IMG/VR virus record: IMGVR_UViG_3300025718_000019
Location: 1 to 35,987 of that record
Direction: 5' to 3' (one strand)
From: a virus
Lineage: Duplodnaviria > Caudoviricetes
Length of the DNA: 35,987 nt
Shown here in pieces: positions 16,944 to 26,383 of the stretch. Every line of letters begins with the position of its first letter. Position 1 is the stretch's first letter. Below the pieces are notes generated by a model. That model was not told the origin of the DNA and searched no databases. It saw nothing but the letters and a program-made list of their open reading frames with translations. The translations under genes and the position numbers were made by a program.

Positions 16944-18673
16944 TGTACACACAACCAAACCTTAACCCACTCCATACATACGACGAACCGGTAAAGAAGT
17001 TCTTCAATAAAGCCCAGCGCAATGCCATGGCTATCTCCGCGCATGGCGAATACATTATCGCAGCTCGCGGTACCGGTAAGTCCGAAGGTATAGATGCGCG
17101 ATTTATTCTCCGCAATGTGTGGGCAATGCCAGGATCTACCGGAGCACTCATTTCACCAACCTACGCCAAAGCCTGGGGAAATACCTTACCGGCTATTTGC
17201 CACGCGCTGGCCAGCTGGGGATATATCGAAGGCGTTCACTACTTCGTTGGCCGTCGGGCACCTGCCGATAAAGGTTTCGCACTACCTAAGCGCATGCCGT
17301 TACGCGATGCCTGGCAAAACTGTTTCCACTTTTGGAACGGTACTATCATGGTGGTACTTTCTTTCGTTGGTGGGATGTCTGCCAACTCCATGTCACTCGA
17401 TTGGATAATTGGACCCGAAGCAAAGTTCCTGGACTACAATAAAATTAAATCGGAAGTCAATCCTGCCAACCGTGGTAACCGACAATACTTTGGTAATTGC
17501 CCTTGGCACCATAGCGTTCTATATTCCACCGATATGCCTACCAGTAAAATGGGTAAGTGGATACTCGATAAGCGCGAAGAAATGGACGACGAACATATAA
17601 ACTTTATTCGTAACCTGTATTACAAGTTGATACAGTTCAAAATGAAGCCTGAACAAAACGATTATACACGTCGCGTAATCAAAGAACTGCAGACCGATTT
17701 AGCCCTGGCACGTCGCTACCAGAAACCAAAGCACCCAATGCCGGGTAAAGAACATGAATACACGGTTTACTATGCCGAGTACGATATATTTGATAACCTA
17801 GAAGTCGTTGGTAAAGACTTTATTTGGCAAATGTACCGAGATTCTCCGGCACTCATTTGGCGTACTGCATTTATGAACGAACGCCTGTTCCGCGTTCCGA
17901 ATGGATTCTACTCCGCACTTACCGAAGATCATTTCTATATGCCAAATGATTCAGGTGGAATTCAAAACCTCGATTTAATTGGAGTAAGTAACAAAACCAA
18001 TTGGAAAAAGCTCACTACTTCCGGTTGTCTGGGCGATGGTGATTTGGATATGAACCAACCGCTCTACATTGGTTGTGATGCTAATGCAGCCATCTCTACC
18101 GTTTGCGTTGGTCAGGTAGATCACAATACTCGCCAGATGAAAACGCTTAAATCGTTCTTCATTAAAACACCTGGTAAACTTCAGGACGCTATCCAACTGT
18201 TTTGTGATTATTACAACCCATTGATAAAGAAAGAAGTCGTTTTCTATTATGATCATACATTTACCTGGGCCAGTGGTACAACTAACGATTCATATCGCGA
18301 TACTGTTGTAAGCGTACTTCAGAAAAACCGCTGGAACGTTACGGACGAATACATTGGCCAATCAGCCGGCCACGCCTGGAAGCATTTACAAATTGATAAA
18401 GCACTCAAAGGTGATCAGGAAATGCTTACACCGGTATTCAATCTTATTCATAACGAGTTTTTAAAAATAGCCATGGAGCAAACAGGCGTTAAGCAAGGTA
18501 AGACTGGATTCGAGAAAGATAAATCACCCGAACACCTTCCAGATACTGCAGATAGTCCTGACGAATATAAAACCCACGTAACTGATGCCTGGGATACTCT
18601 TTATATCGGTTGTAACTTCTACTACAAAGAACCAAATGGAGAATACTTTGGAGCGATGTTTATTGGTGATTAA
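16943..18673 (+). CDS. terL: Terminase large subunit
   Basis: Walker A AARGTGKS, ISPTY, motif III STD; RNase H-like nuclease acids IGCDAN, YYD, HVTDAWD. Confidence 0.88.
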   Translation: MYTQPNLNPLHTYDEPVKKFFNKAQRNAMAISAHGEYIIAARGTGKSEGIDARFILRNVWAMPGSTGALISPTYAKAWGNTLPAICHALASWGYIEGVHYFVGRRAPADKGFALPKRMPLRDAWQNCFHFWNGTIMVVLSFVGGMSANSMSLDWIIGPEAKFLDYNKIKSEVNPANRGNRQYFGNCPWHHSVLYSTDMPTSKMGKWILDKREEMDDEHINFIRNLYYKLIQFKMKPEQNDYTRRVIKELQTDLALARRYQKPKHPMPGKEHEYTVYYAEYDIFDNLEVVGKDFIWQMYRDSPALIWRTAFMNERLFRVPNGFYSALTEDHFYMPNDSGGIQNLDLIGVSNKTNWKKLTTSGCLGDGDLDMNQPLYIGCDANAAISTVCVGQVDHNTRQMKTLKSFFIKTPGKLQDAIQLFCDYYNPLIKKEVVFYYDHTFTWASGTTNDSYRDTVVSVLQKNRWNVTDEYIGQSAGHAWKHLQIDKALKGDQEMLTPVFNLIHNEFLKIAMEQTGVKQGKTGFEKDKSPEHLPDTADSPDEYKTHVTDAWDTLYIGCNFYYKEPNGEYFGAMFIGD

Positions 18674-18677
18674 TTGA

Positions 18678-18710
18678 TTAAAAAGGATGGCCAAGTGTCA
18701 GTCTTTTTAA
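18678..18710 (+). terminator. Imperfect hairpin after terL
   Basis: TTAAAAAG..TGGC / GTCA..CTTTTTAA. Confidence 0.45.
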
Positions 18711-18966
18711 TGCTAAATAGTAAAAACAGACTCTTCCAGTGAAAATACATTTTTAAATAAGCTAAAAATATGACTTTCAAAACTTAAACATTCACCGACT
18801 CTGCAAAAAATTCCATTCTTTTTGGTGAAAACCACGCACCGCCCTAAAATGAACCTTGCCGGCAAAGAAATTATTTTCTGTAATATGCTACACGTTAACA
18901 TATTTATTGATTATCAATAAAATTAACAAACAATTTGAATATTTTGATTAACTGATACCATTTAAT

Positions 18967-19001
18967 GTCCTTTACCTACCTTATTTATACAAGTATTTTT
19001 G
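18967..19001 (+). promoter_or_regulatory. Late-promoter motif, copy 2 (portal operon)
   Basis: GTCCTTT-N20-TATTTTTG. Confidence 0.7.
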
Positions 19002-19021
19002 ATGTATGAATTTGGAATGGT

Positions 19022-19273
19022 ATGGATAAACTGATTAAACAATCGAAGATATGGGAGCTAATGGAGCAAAAAGAAAAGGGAAAACTAAAGCCTTTCAGTT
19101 TCCAGTATGCCAAGTTGAATGGCGAACTTGTAAATTATAAAGGTGCTACATTCAGCAGTATTTTCTCAAAAGGATCTACAGTAAATATATTCGTAGACGG
19201 CAACCTATTACATCCAAAATCATTTCGTAAAATTCTTATAACTAGGTTCAATGAATTTAAAGTTTACATATAA
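19022..19273 (+). CDS. Small hypothetical protein preceding the portal
   Basis: 83 aa; TAATG-coupled to the portal gene. Confidence 0.75.
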   Translation: MDKLIKQSKIWELMEQKEKGKLKPFSFQYAKLNGELVNYKGATFSSIFSKGSTVNIFVDGNLLHPKSFRKILITRFNEFKVYI

Positions 19274-20688
19274 TGGCTAAACAATCTAACTCTGAAGTGT
19301 TTGACTTCGAAAATACAGCCTATCTAAAAGGAAGTAAAGCATTAGTTATATTCTCTGATTCAAGAGATATGGTTGGAGATACTAATACCAGAACGGATGA
19401 TCTTGAACCTATCAATAAGAAAGGAAAACTTATAAAGTTCGTTAAGCGTGGTCCCAACAATAAGCAACCGGTAGAGGTAATGGAGAAAGTATATCTTAAC
19501 TCTACTCTTGGTGCTAATGTGCAGTTCAACTCTAAGATGGCGTATGGTGATGGTATCATGGTAGTAAAGAAAGAACGTGATATTGTAACAAAAGAGATAA
19601 AGATTGTTGAACAATTACCTAGCGAACAACCTGAGATATTCCAATTCTTATTGGATAATAACTACAACAATGCTACTCAGGAGTGGGCGAATGATATAGT
19701 TGTTTTCTTTGAGTCGTATGCAGAGTTTATCTTTGCCAGGGATAATAAGACTACAAGTAAGATTGTACAGTTAAATCCGATAGAGTCGGTTAATAGCCGA
19801 TTATCGAAAGCAGATGATGTTACCGGATTGATTGAGTACCACGGTTATTCAACGAAATGGCATGAGAGTACTCAACCTGATTTAAAAGCTACTACATTAA
19901 TCGATAGACGTACACCTATACGTGATCTTAAAGTAAGGCGTGGTAAGTCTATGAATTTAAAAGGGGTAAAGTTAGTCCCAAAGGATGTAAGCTATATGTT
20001 ACAGTTGATGCAGCCAACACCTGGTCGGTACTACAACGGTAAGCCTTATTGGTGGGCTATATTCGAATCTGGTCTATATGACTTTGCCTGTGCGATTCCT
20101 AAATTAAGAAAGGCATTGATTCAAAATCAAATGATATTGAAGTTTCACGTAACTATTCATAAGGATTTTTGGGTGAAACTATTTAAGTCGGAAGGAATAC
20201 CTGATACAGATTTTAAAGCAAAGAAAGCAAGAAGGAAATTATTTCTTAAAGAAATGAATGACTTTCTGTCCGGAGAAGAAAATGCCGGTAAGTCTTTCGT
20301 TTCTGAGTTTGACTATGACAAAATAAAAGGTTTTGAAACGCAGGATATTATTATCAAGCCTATTGATAATAAGCTTTCGGGGGGCGAATATCTTAAAGAC
20401 TCTCAGGAAGTAACTGATGCCATCTGTTACGCTATGGAAATTCACCCATCAATTATCGGTGCTTCCGGTAACTCAGGAAGTATAAACGGTACTGAAGCCC
20501 GCGAACTATTCATTATTAAACAAGCGATGATGAAGCCAATACGCGATTTACTTGTACTACCACTTTATATTGTCAAAGAAATAAACGGTTGGGATCCTGA
20601 TATTCATTTTGTAGTGCCAAATATCATGCTTACTACTGTTGACCAGGGAACCGGAGCTATTAAATCTGTTGGAAATCAAAAAGTATAA
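19273..20688 (+). CDS. Portal protein
   Basis: 471 aa; YYNGKPYW, LSGEENAGK, ICYAMEIHPSIIG and REL motifs; downstream of terL. Confidence 0.8.
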   Translation: MAKQSNSEVFDFENTAYLKGSKALVIFSDSRDMVGDTNTRTDDLEPINKKGKLIKFVKRGPNNKQPVEVMEKVYLNSTLGANVQFNSKMAYGDGIMVVKKERDIVTKEIKIVEQLPSEQPEIFQFLLDNNYNNATQEWANDIVVFFESYAEFIFARDNKTTSKIVQLNPIESVNSRLSKADDVTGLIEYHGYSTKWHESTQPDLKATTLIDRRTPIRDLKVRRGKSMNLKGVKLVPKDVSYMLQLMQPTPGRYYNGKPYWWAIFESGLYDFACAIPKLRKALIQNQMILKFHVTIHKDFWVKLFKSEGIPDTDFKAKKARRKLFLKEMNDFLSGEENAGKSFVSEFDYDKIKGFETQDIIIKPIDNKLSGGEYLKDSQEVTDAICYAMEIHPSIIGASGNSGSINGTEARELFIIKQAMMKPIRDLLVLPLYIVKEINGWDPDIHFVVPNIMLTTVDQGTGAIKSVGNQKV

Positions 20689-20691
20689 CCT

Positions 20692-21633
20692 ATGAAAGCA
20701 ATTATATCAACAATAGACGAGCTGCATAAAACAGTCAAAATAAATGTATCAACTAAAATTGATGTTTTTGAACCATTTCTTCAGCAGGCACGTGATATTA
20801 TCCTGGTACGTTACCTGGGGTTTGAATTAGTAGAAATATTAGAAGGTGACACAATTCCAGATCGTGCAACTAAATTACTTACACTTACACAATATGCGCT
20901 TGGACCATTAGCCATTTGGGTTGGGAATGCTGAATTATCAGTCAGAATTAGCGATAGCGGTTTTACCGTAGCTATGAAAGCCGGTGAATATGGAGCTGCA
21001 AGCGATACCAAAATAGGTAAAGTAGAAGAAAGCCTGGAGCGTCGTGGATTTCAATATTTAGATCAGGTACTCGAATACCTGGAATTACATGCAGATCAAT
21101 TCCCAGAATGGACTCAAAGCCGTTATTATACGTTGCGCAGTGGTAACTATATTCAATCAGCTACACAATTTCAGGAAATTGGACTGGTTGACATTGATTA
21201 TAGTCGATTGACATTCGAAAGCTTCCGGCCCATTATGTCAATGATTGAAATGCGGTTTATAACTGAACTTTTAACCGAAACACTTGATACCAGTTTACGC
21301 GCTAAACTGGATACTCAACAATCTGCTGCAGAAAAAGAACTAATCGGATCTATTCGCCGATTTGTAGCCTGCAAAACTGCCGAAATTCACACTAGCCAGG
21401 CAAGTAAAACCAATCGTTCAGGAGCATCAAATAACGAGTATAAACCGGTTATTCGCCCATTGTATGCCGACATACAAAATGAAGGCAATTACTTTGCTGA
21501 ACAGGGCGATTATTTCTATACTAAGATAAAACAGACATTGAACAAATACGCTGTTGAATTTGGCATTGAATCCGTTTCTGAGGCTATGGACTTTAATTCG
21601 GCAGAATCAAAAATATTTAATTCGTTTGGATAA
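20692..21633 (+). CDS. Probable head-tail adaptor (DUF6712-like)
   Basis: Follows the portal; helical protein with two internally similar halves. Family call is from memory. Confidence 0.55.
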   Translation: MKAIISTIDELHKTVKINVSTKIDVFEPFLQQARDIILVRYLGFELVEILEGDTIPDRATKLLTLTQYALGPLAIWVGNAELSVRISDSGFTVAMKAGEYGAASDTKIGKVEESLERRGFQYLDQVLEYLELHADQFPEWTQSRYYTLRSGNYIQSATQFQEIGLVDIDYSRLTFESFRPIMSMIEMRFITELLTETLDTSLRAKLDTQQSAAEKELIGSIRRFVACKTAEIHTSQASKTNRSGASNNEYKPVIRPLYADIQNEGNYFAEQGDYFYTKIKQTLNKYAVEFGIESVSEAMDFNSAESKIFNSFG

Positions 21634-21686
21634 GATCTATAACCCCTAAAGGGGAACTAAGTTATAATCACTAAAATTTAAATATT

Positions 21687-21932
21687 ATGTTTGGGAAAAA
21701 ACGATTAAGTAAACTTGATATCAAAAGTATAATTCTAATGCTTAATGATTTTAATATAACATATCCTGATTCAACGAATAGTCAAAAAGAATATTTTTTA
21801 GCAAATACTTTAGAAGAATTCGGAGTTAAAACTGACAGTGCATATTCTTATGGCTGTATTCCTCCTCCTCCATTCCGAAGTGATTGTAATTCTCCGAACA
21901 AAGTAACTACAACTCCACCAAAAGGCGAGTAA
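21687..21932 (+). CDS. Small hypothetical protein with a Pro-rich tail
   Basis: 81 aa; AT-rich leader; stop 1 nt before the next ATG. Confidence 0.55.
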   Translation: MFGKKRLSKLDIKSIILMLNDFNITYPDSTNSQKEYFLANTLEEFGVKTDSAYSYGCIPPPPFRSDCNSPNKVTTTPPKGE

Positions 21933-21933
21933 T

Positions 21934-22734
21934 ATGAAAACACTCCACGTCGATCGATACGAATACCTATTACCTGAAAGTATGAACGAAATGACCACCG
22001 TTCAGCTTATCCGCTTATCCGAACTTGTTGCCAACGAAATACCGGTGCAAGAAATAAAGGTAAAGATGCTATTTATATGTTTAAATGCTCGTGCTCGTAG
22101 AATGAAAAATGCAGGATATTATCGCATAAAAATCGATAATCACGTATTTGCATTTACAGCCGAGCAAGTAGCCAACGTGTCTATGGCATTCGATTATCTG
22201 TTTACTCAACCCGATGATAATGGCCGATGTTTTCTGGACAACCGGCTAACGATAAACCATTATCCGGAGTTGAAAATTAAAAGGCGTAAATTGTACGGCC
22301 CTAAAAACGCAATGACGGATTTGATTTACGATCAATATATTTACCTTCAGACATACGACGTAATGAAGGAAAAAAAACCTGAAGCCGTTTACGCCTGGCT
22401 TGGTTGTATGTTTCGCCGGGATAAGTCCACGTTCTGTGCCGAAGATTTGAATCTTGATAGAATGAAGCGCATTAAACCCGAAGTAATTATTCTTACCATT
22501 TGGTTTTGGATAGGAAGCTGTAGGTTTATATCCGATAAATTTCCACGTATTTTCCCCGATAGCGATGGATCTGCTATCGGTAATCCATATGATGGACAAC
22601 AAAAACTGCTCGATTACATTGCTAAAGCCGATCCCGAAAAGAAACGGGCTTATAAGCAGGATAAACTTTATAACATACTTTACTCACTCGACTACATGCT
22701 TGAGTTGGAAGAAAAAAATACGCCTGATTCTTGA
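21934..22734 (+). CDS. Conserved-looking phage morphogenesis protein
   Basis: 266-aa ORF in the late operon. Confidence 0.75.
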   Translation: MKTLHVDRYEYLLPESMNEMTTVQLIRLSELVANEIPVQEIKVKMLFICLNARARRMKNAGYYRIKIDNHVFAFTAEQVANVSMAFDYLFTQPDDNGRCFLDNRLTINHYPELKIKRRKLYGPKNAMTDLIYDQYIYLQTYDVMKEKKPEAVYAWLGCMFRRDKSTFCAEDLNLDRMKRIKPEVIILTIWFWIGSCRFISDKFPRIFPDSDGSAIGNPYDGQQKLLDYIAKADPEKKRAYKQDKLYNILYSLDYMLELEEKNTPDS

Positions 22735-22779
22735 TTTGTTTCATTTTTTGTATATGTTTAATTTTATTATTGTTTAGAT

Positions 22780-22820
22780 ATTACCGCTTGGGCTGTGAAG
22801 TTCGGCGGTAATTTTTTTTT
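22780..22820 (+). terminator. Terminator with GTGA tetraloop
   Basis: ATTACCGCT..GGGCT-GTGA-AGTTC..GGCGGTAAT plus T-tract. Confidence 0.75.
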
Positions 22821-22871
22821 ATATTCAATTGTTTTCATATATTTGTGCATCGATATAAAAATGAATAATAT

Positions 22872-23201
22872 ATGGAACAATATTATACAAATGAAAAACT
22901 GGAACATGTAATTATTAATGGTGAAGAACGTCTAATTGATGGAAAAGTAGTTGAATATATCATTGGAAATTATATAGTAGTTCATTCCAGCGATAAAAAT
23001 CCGGATAGTTGGTTTCTAACAGCACGCATACTTGATATTTATGAGATGGAAATATGTTCAAAAAAATGTAATAAAAAAGAAATTTCAAATTATATATGTT
23101 TGAATTTGCTTCGAAAACAAAATATAATGAACGAAATAGTATCGGATGCTTTAGAATTTGAACAAAAAATTAAGAATATTTTAAAAGTTGATACAAAGTA
23201 A
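22872..23201 (+). CDS. AT-rich moron, hypothetical protein
   Basis: Own TATATTTG element at 22838-22845; upstream terminator and downstream hairpin at 23243-23266. Confidence 0.7.
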   Translation: MEQYYTNEKLEHVIINGEERLIDGKVVEYIIGNYIVVHSSDKNPDSWFLTARILDIYEMEICSKKCNKKEISNYICLNLLRKQNIMNEIVSDALEFEQKIKNILKVDTK

Positions 23202-23235
23202 TAATCTATTTTATTATAATATATATTTTCCCCCT

Positions 23236-23270
23236 GTCCTTTAAAAGCCACTTGATTGTGGCTTTTTTTG
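23236..23270 (+). promoter_or_regulatory. Late-promoter motif, copy 3, overlapping a terminator hairpin
   Basis: GTCCTTT-N20-TTTTTTTG; hairpin AAAAGCCAC / GTGGCTTTT lies within it. Confidence 0.55.
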
Positions 23271-23293
23271 TATCGTGTAAAAAATGATACATT

Positions 23294-23788
23294 ATGGAAC
23301 AATACAATCACTTAACCTATGGGTTAAACCTCACTACTACCATGAAATTATTTCAGCCTAAAGCTGCCGAAAGTTTTCATAAAGCTCCAAATTCCGATTC
23401 ACTCGAAAGTATCAGTAATCGCCTATCTGATATTAATTATCCGGTACTTGTTGCCGTTGATGGTCGCGATTCTACGTTCGAAGATAACGATGCAGAATCA
23501 TTAATAAAAAAGCCAAAATACTTTTTCATGATTCTTAAGCCAGCCGATAAAGATGATCCGGATAATATACTAACTGTACAGGAATTATGCGAAAAAAACG
23601 CACTACAGATTCAAGCCAAAATGATCGAAGATAGCCGTAAATACCTGAATGGATTAATCGGCTTAGACCTCAGTTCATTTACCATTGCTTCTATTGGTCC
23701 TATTGGCGAAACGCTATACGGTGTAATTATGGGTTTTGAACTTAGTCACGGTATCGATTATAAAATAATTTCCGATTATTGGTTATGA
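23294..23788 (+). CDS. Probable tail terminator/completion protein
   Basis: 164 aa, acidic, in the tail region; function inferred from position. Confidence 0.5.
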   Translation: MEQYNHLTYGLNLTTTMKLFQPKAAESFHKAPNSDSLESISNRLSDINYPVLVAVDGRDSTFEDNDAESLIKKPKYFFMILKPADKDDPDNILTVQELCEKNALQIQAKMIEDSRKYLNGLIGLDLSSFTIASIGPIGETLYGVIMGFELSHGIDYKIISDYWL

Positions 23789-24459
23789 GAAAAGAATTAG
23801 AGGACTTCACTACTTCCGACTGGATTGATGCTAAAACCAGCATGAATGCCAATTCGTTTAAGCAGCTTCTAAAAGTTAGTCGTGCCGGTGGTATTACCAT
23901 TCCAAGTACCGTGGTTCCTAATTTCAGTCCACGCATCACTTTTCAGTCATTATCCGGGGATCAAACTGCGCTATACTTACGCGTAAAAGATACTGAAGCT
24001 CTCAACAAATTCAACAACGGAGTAAAAAACTGGGCTGAAAAAGTAGAATTGCAATTAAAAGCCAGTGCCGAGACTCATTTCAGTCACCGGTTAAGCGATC
24101 AGATATCTGCTGAATTTCCGAGACTGAGTGATTCAATTACTACTAAGCTTCGGTTTGATAAACAGTTTAAACTCGAAACCAGGTCAGTTGGATTTACACT
24201 TGCCAGGCATGGTGTATATCGCAGTCAGGGTGCTGGTCGTGGTTATGGAGGACTCACCGGTAGCAAGTGGACCGATAAATATGGAAGAAAACATCATACA
24301 GCAGATACTAGTATTGGAAAAATGGGAACCGGTAACCGATCGGCTGAACATTGGTTCAATCCTATTATCGAAAAAAATATGGATGAACTGGCCGACATAA
24401 CTGCCGAATATAGCCTTGATTTGATAATTAATGTAGATAGCATTTTTTTACCCGAATAA
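23785..24459 (+). CDS. Probable neck/tail completion protein
   Basis: ATGA overlap supports a start at 23785; GAGRGYGG...HWFNP motif. Confidence 0.55.
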   Translation: MRKELEDFTTSDWIDAKTSMNANSFKQLLKVSRAGGITIPSTVVPNFSPRITFQSLSGDQTALYLRVKDTEALNKFNNGVKNWAEKVELQLKASAETHFSHRLSDQISAEFPRLSDSITTKLRFDKQFKLETRSVGFTLARHGVYRSQGAGRGYGGLTGSKWTDKYGRKHHTADTSIGKMGTGNRSAEHWFNPIIEKNMDELADITAEYSLDLIINVDSIFLPE

Positions 24460-24461
24460 CC

Positions 24462-26111
24462 ATGAGAATTATTTCGAAAGATAATATAGACTTTGTGCTT
24501 CCTACCGGATTTGCAGCTGAACTAACAAAGTATAATATACTTCTGAGTTCAGCAGGTGAACAAACTGCACCAATAACATTGCCTCCTGATCCGGTAAATC
24601 TTAAACTGGTAGGATATAGTAACAGATTGGATGCTTACTATAAACCGATGACCGATTTGGACGTATTAGTTAGCGATGGCCTGTTATACCGTTGGTGCAA
24701 TATGGGGATCCATAATGCCAATGATGAAGATGGAATTAGTTGTACGCTTTATTTTGGTAAAGCTGAATTTTCAAGTAAATACGGCGATACTAAATTAGCA
24801 TCATTATCTTGGCCTGTCATAAAACATGCCGACTGGAGTAATGATGATTTTCATGTACAATACTTAATTGATTTATTGAAAAATCAATACTTAAATAATC
24901 TTTCTACGAGTAATTTCGATGTTTTCCCAATTCCGACTTCACAAACATTCACCTGGTATCAGGATGCTTTTACCGATCTTACTTACGATGGCTTATTTAT
25001 ATTTAATAATTTTGATACAGGTCTTTTTTCAATTTTATATTTCGATGATTCACACAATATTACATTGAATGTTTTTCAGGGAGAATTTGTACAACGCATA
25101 AAACAGTCTGGAGTAACAACGCCTGTTACATTACCTATTGGTTATGGGATGACTCCATTTCTTAGACTGAGTTATGTTCTTGAATTTGTTTTTTTGCAAT
25201 TTGGTTACACTGTAGATACTTCCGAACTAGAGGAAGTTATTACTCAATATCAATCTATTGTCATTTTAAATAATGTAGCAGATGCCATTTGTAGTGGTAT
25301 TCTAAACTACTCACAATTAGTTCCTGATATGACTATTAATAGCTTCATATCAGAACTTGAAAAAATATTTTCAGGTAAATTTTTGATTGATGAAATTCAT
25401 AAAGTATCAAAGTTCTATAGATATCAGAAAAACATTACAGCAGTACCAGATTTAGATCTTACTAAATATCTGGCTTCTAAACCAAAAGAAGGTGATACTG
25501 AATTCGTAGATGTTTACATTGTTGACACTACCGATGCATCCTCTGCTACTACCGTACCCGATTCTGCCGAAAAAATAGAATTTGCATCAGTGCCGGTGTC
25601 AACGATATCCGAAACAATGCATATAAATACGAGCAGTACAGTTTACATCTCTGTTGATTGGAATCTGACATCACCAACTATTAGTGATATTACCCATAAG
25701 AACTCTGAATTAATAATCGACAATGTATCATCTACTGATTCTGACAAAAATATGACTACTCTTATTTTATCCGAAACTCAAAATGATTTAAAATCTATTT
25801 CTCGAATTGTAAATAGTATCACATACACCGTTTTTTTTAGGCAATGTAATCGGTTATTCAATGGAGATTTAAAACCACAGCAGGTGCTCCAAAGTTACTA
25901 CCAGGCTTATATCAATTTCAAAAAATATTCAAATATCCCTTTTTCGGCTAATATGAATATACCGACTTCTATTTTAGAAAGCATGGACATACAAAAACCA
26001 AAATTACTACAAGGTCAACCGGTAATGATTGAAACATCAAAACAAATTTTAGGTACTCAGTCTGTACAGGATATTAAATTCAGAACGCTCCGGTTATTTG
26101 TCGATCGGTAA
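24462..26111 (+). CDS. Probable tail-tip/baseplate hub protein
   Basis: 549 aa, with PITLP and LVPDMTINSFISEL motifs of siphovirus-type minor tail proteins. Confidence 0.55.
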   Translation: MRIISKDNIDFVLPTGFAAELTKYNILLSSAGEQTAPITLPPDPVNLKLVGYSNRLDAYYKPMTDLDVLVSDGLLYRWCNMGIHNANDEDGISCTLYFGKAEFSSKYGDTKLASLSWPVIKHADWSNDDFHVQYLIDLLKNQYLNNLSTSNFDVFPIPTSQTFTWYQDAFTDLTYDGLFIFNNFDTGLFSILYFDDSHNITLNVFQGEFVQRIKQSGVTTPVTLPIGYGMTPFLRLSYVLEFVFLQFGYTVDTSELEEVITQYQSIVILNNVADAICSGILNYSQLVPDMTINSFISELEKIFSGKFLIDEIHKVSKFYRYQKNITAVPDLDLTKYLASKPKEGDTEFVDVYIVDTTDASSATTVPDSAEKIEFASVPVSTISETMHINTSSTVYISVDWNLTSPTISDITHKNSELIIDNVSSTDSDKNMTTLILSETQNDLKSISRIVNSITYTVFFRQCNRLFNGDLKPQQVLQSYYQAYINFKKYSNIPFSANMNIPTSILESMDIQKPKLLQGQPVMIETSKQILGTQSVQDIKFRTLRLFVDR

Positions 26112-26116
26112 TATTT

Positions 26117-26151
26117 GTCCTTTAACCATGCCTATTGAAATTCTAAATTTG
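26117..26151 (+). promoter_or_regulatory. Late-promoter motif, copy 4
   Basis: GTCCTTT-N20-TAAATTTG. Confidence 0.7.
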
Positions 26152-26155
26152 TATT

Positions 26156-26383
26156 ATGATTTTACAGCAGCATAAAAATATAGCAATCACAGCTCCTCAG
26201 TTTATGGATATGGTAAGTGCGTTGGTTAGTTACCGATCATTCAAAAATGATTACACACTTACTATGGCAAATTTCATAAGTTTCATTACTCAGCCCAGTG
26301 CTGATAGAGCTAACTTTTTGGAGTTATTCAATGCAAGTGTAATTATTCGAAATAATTCATACGCTAAAGTAATTTATAGCTAA
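26156..26383 (+). CDS. Small hypothetical protein
   Basis: 75 aa; TAATG-coupled to the next gene. Confidence 0.65.
   Translation: MILQQHKNIAITAPQFMDMVSALVSYRSFKNDYTLTMANFISFITQPSADRANFLELFNASVIIRNNSYAKVIYS

Noticed and set aside
21643-21654. CCCCT-AA-AGGGG mini-palindrome as a REP-like element
   Set aside because: Single short copy in the window; not enough to support a call.
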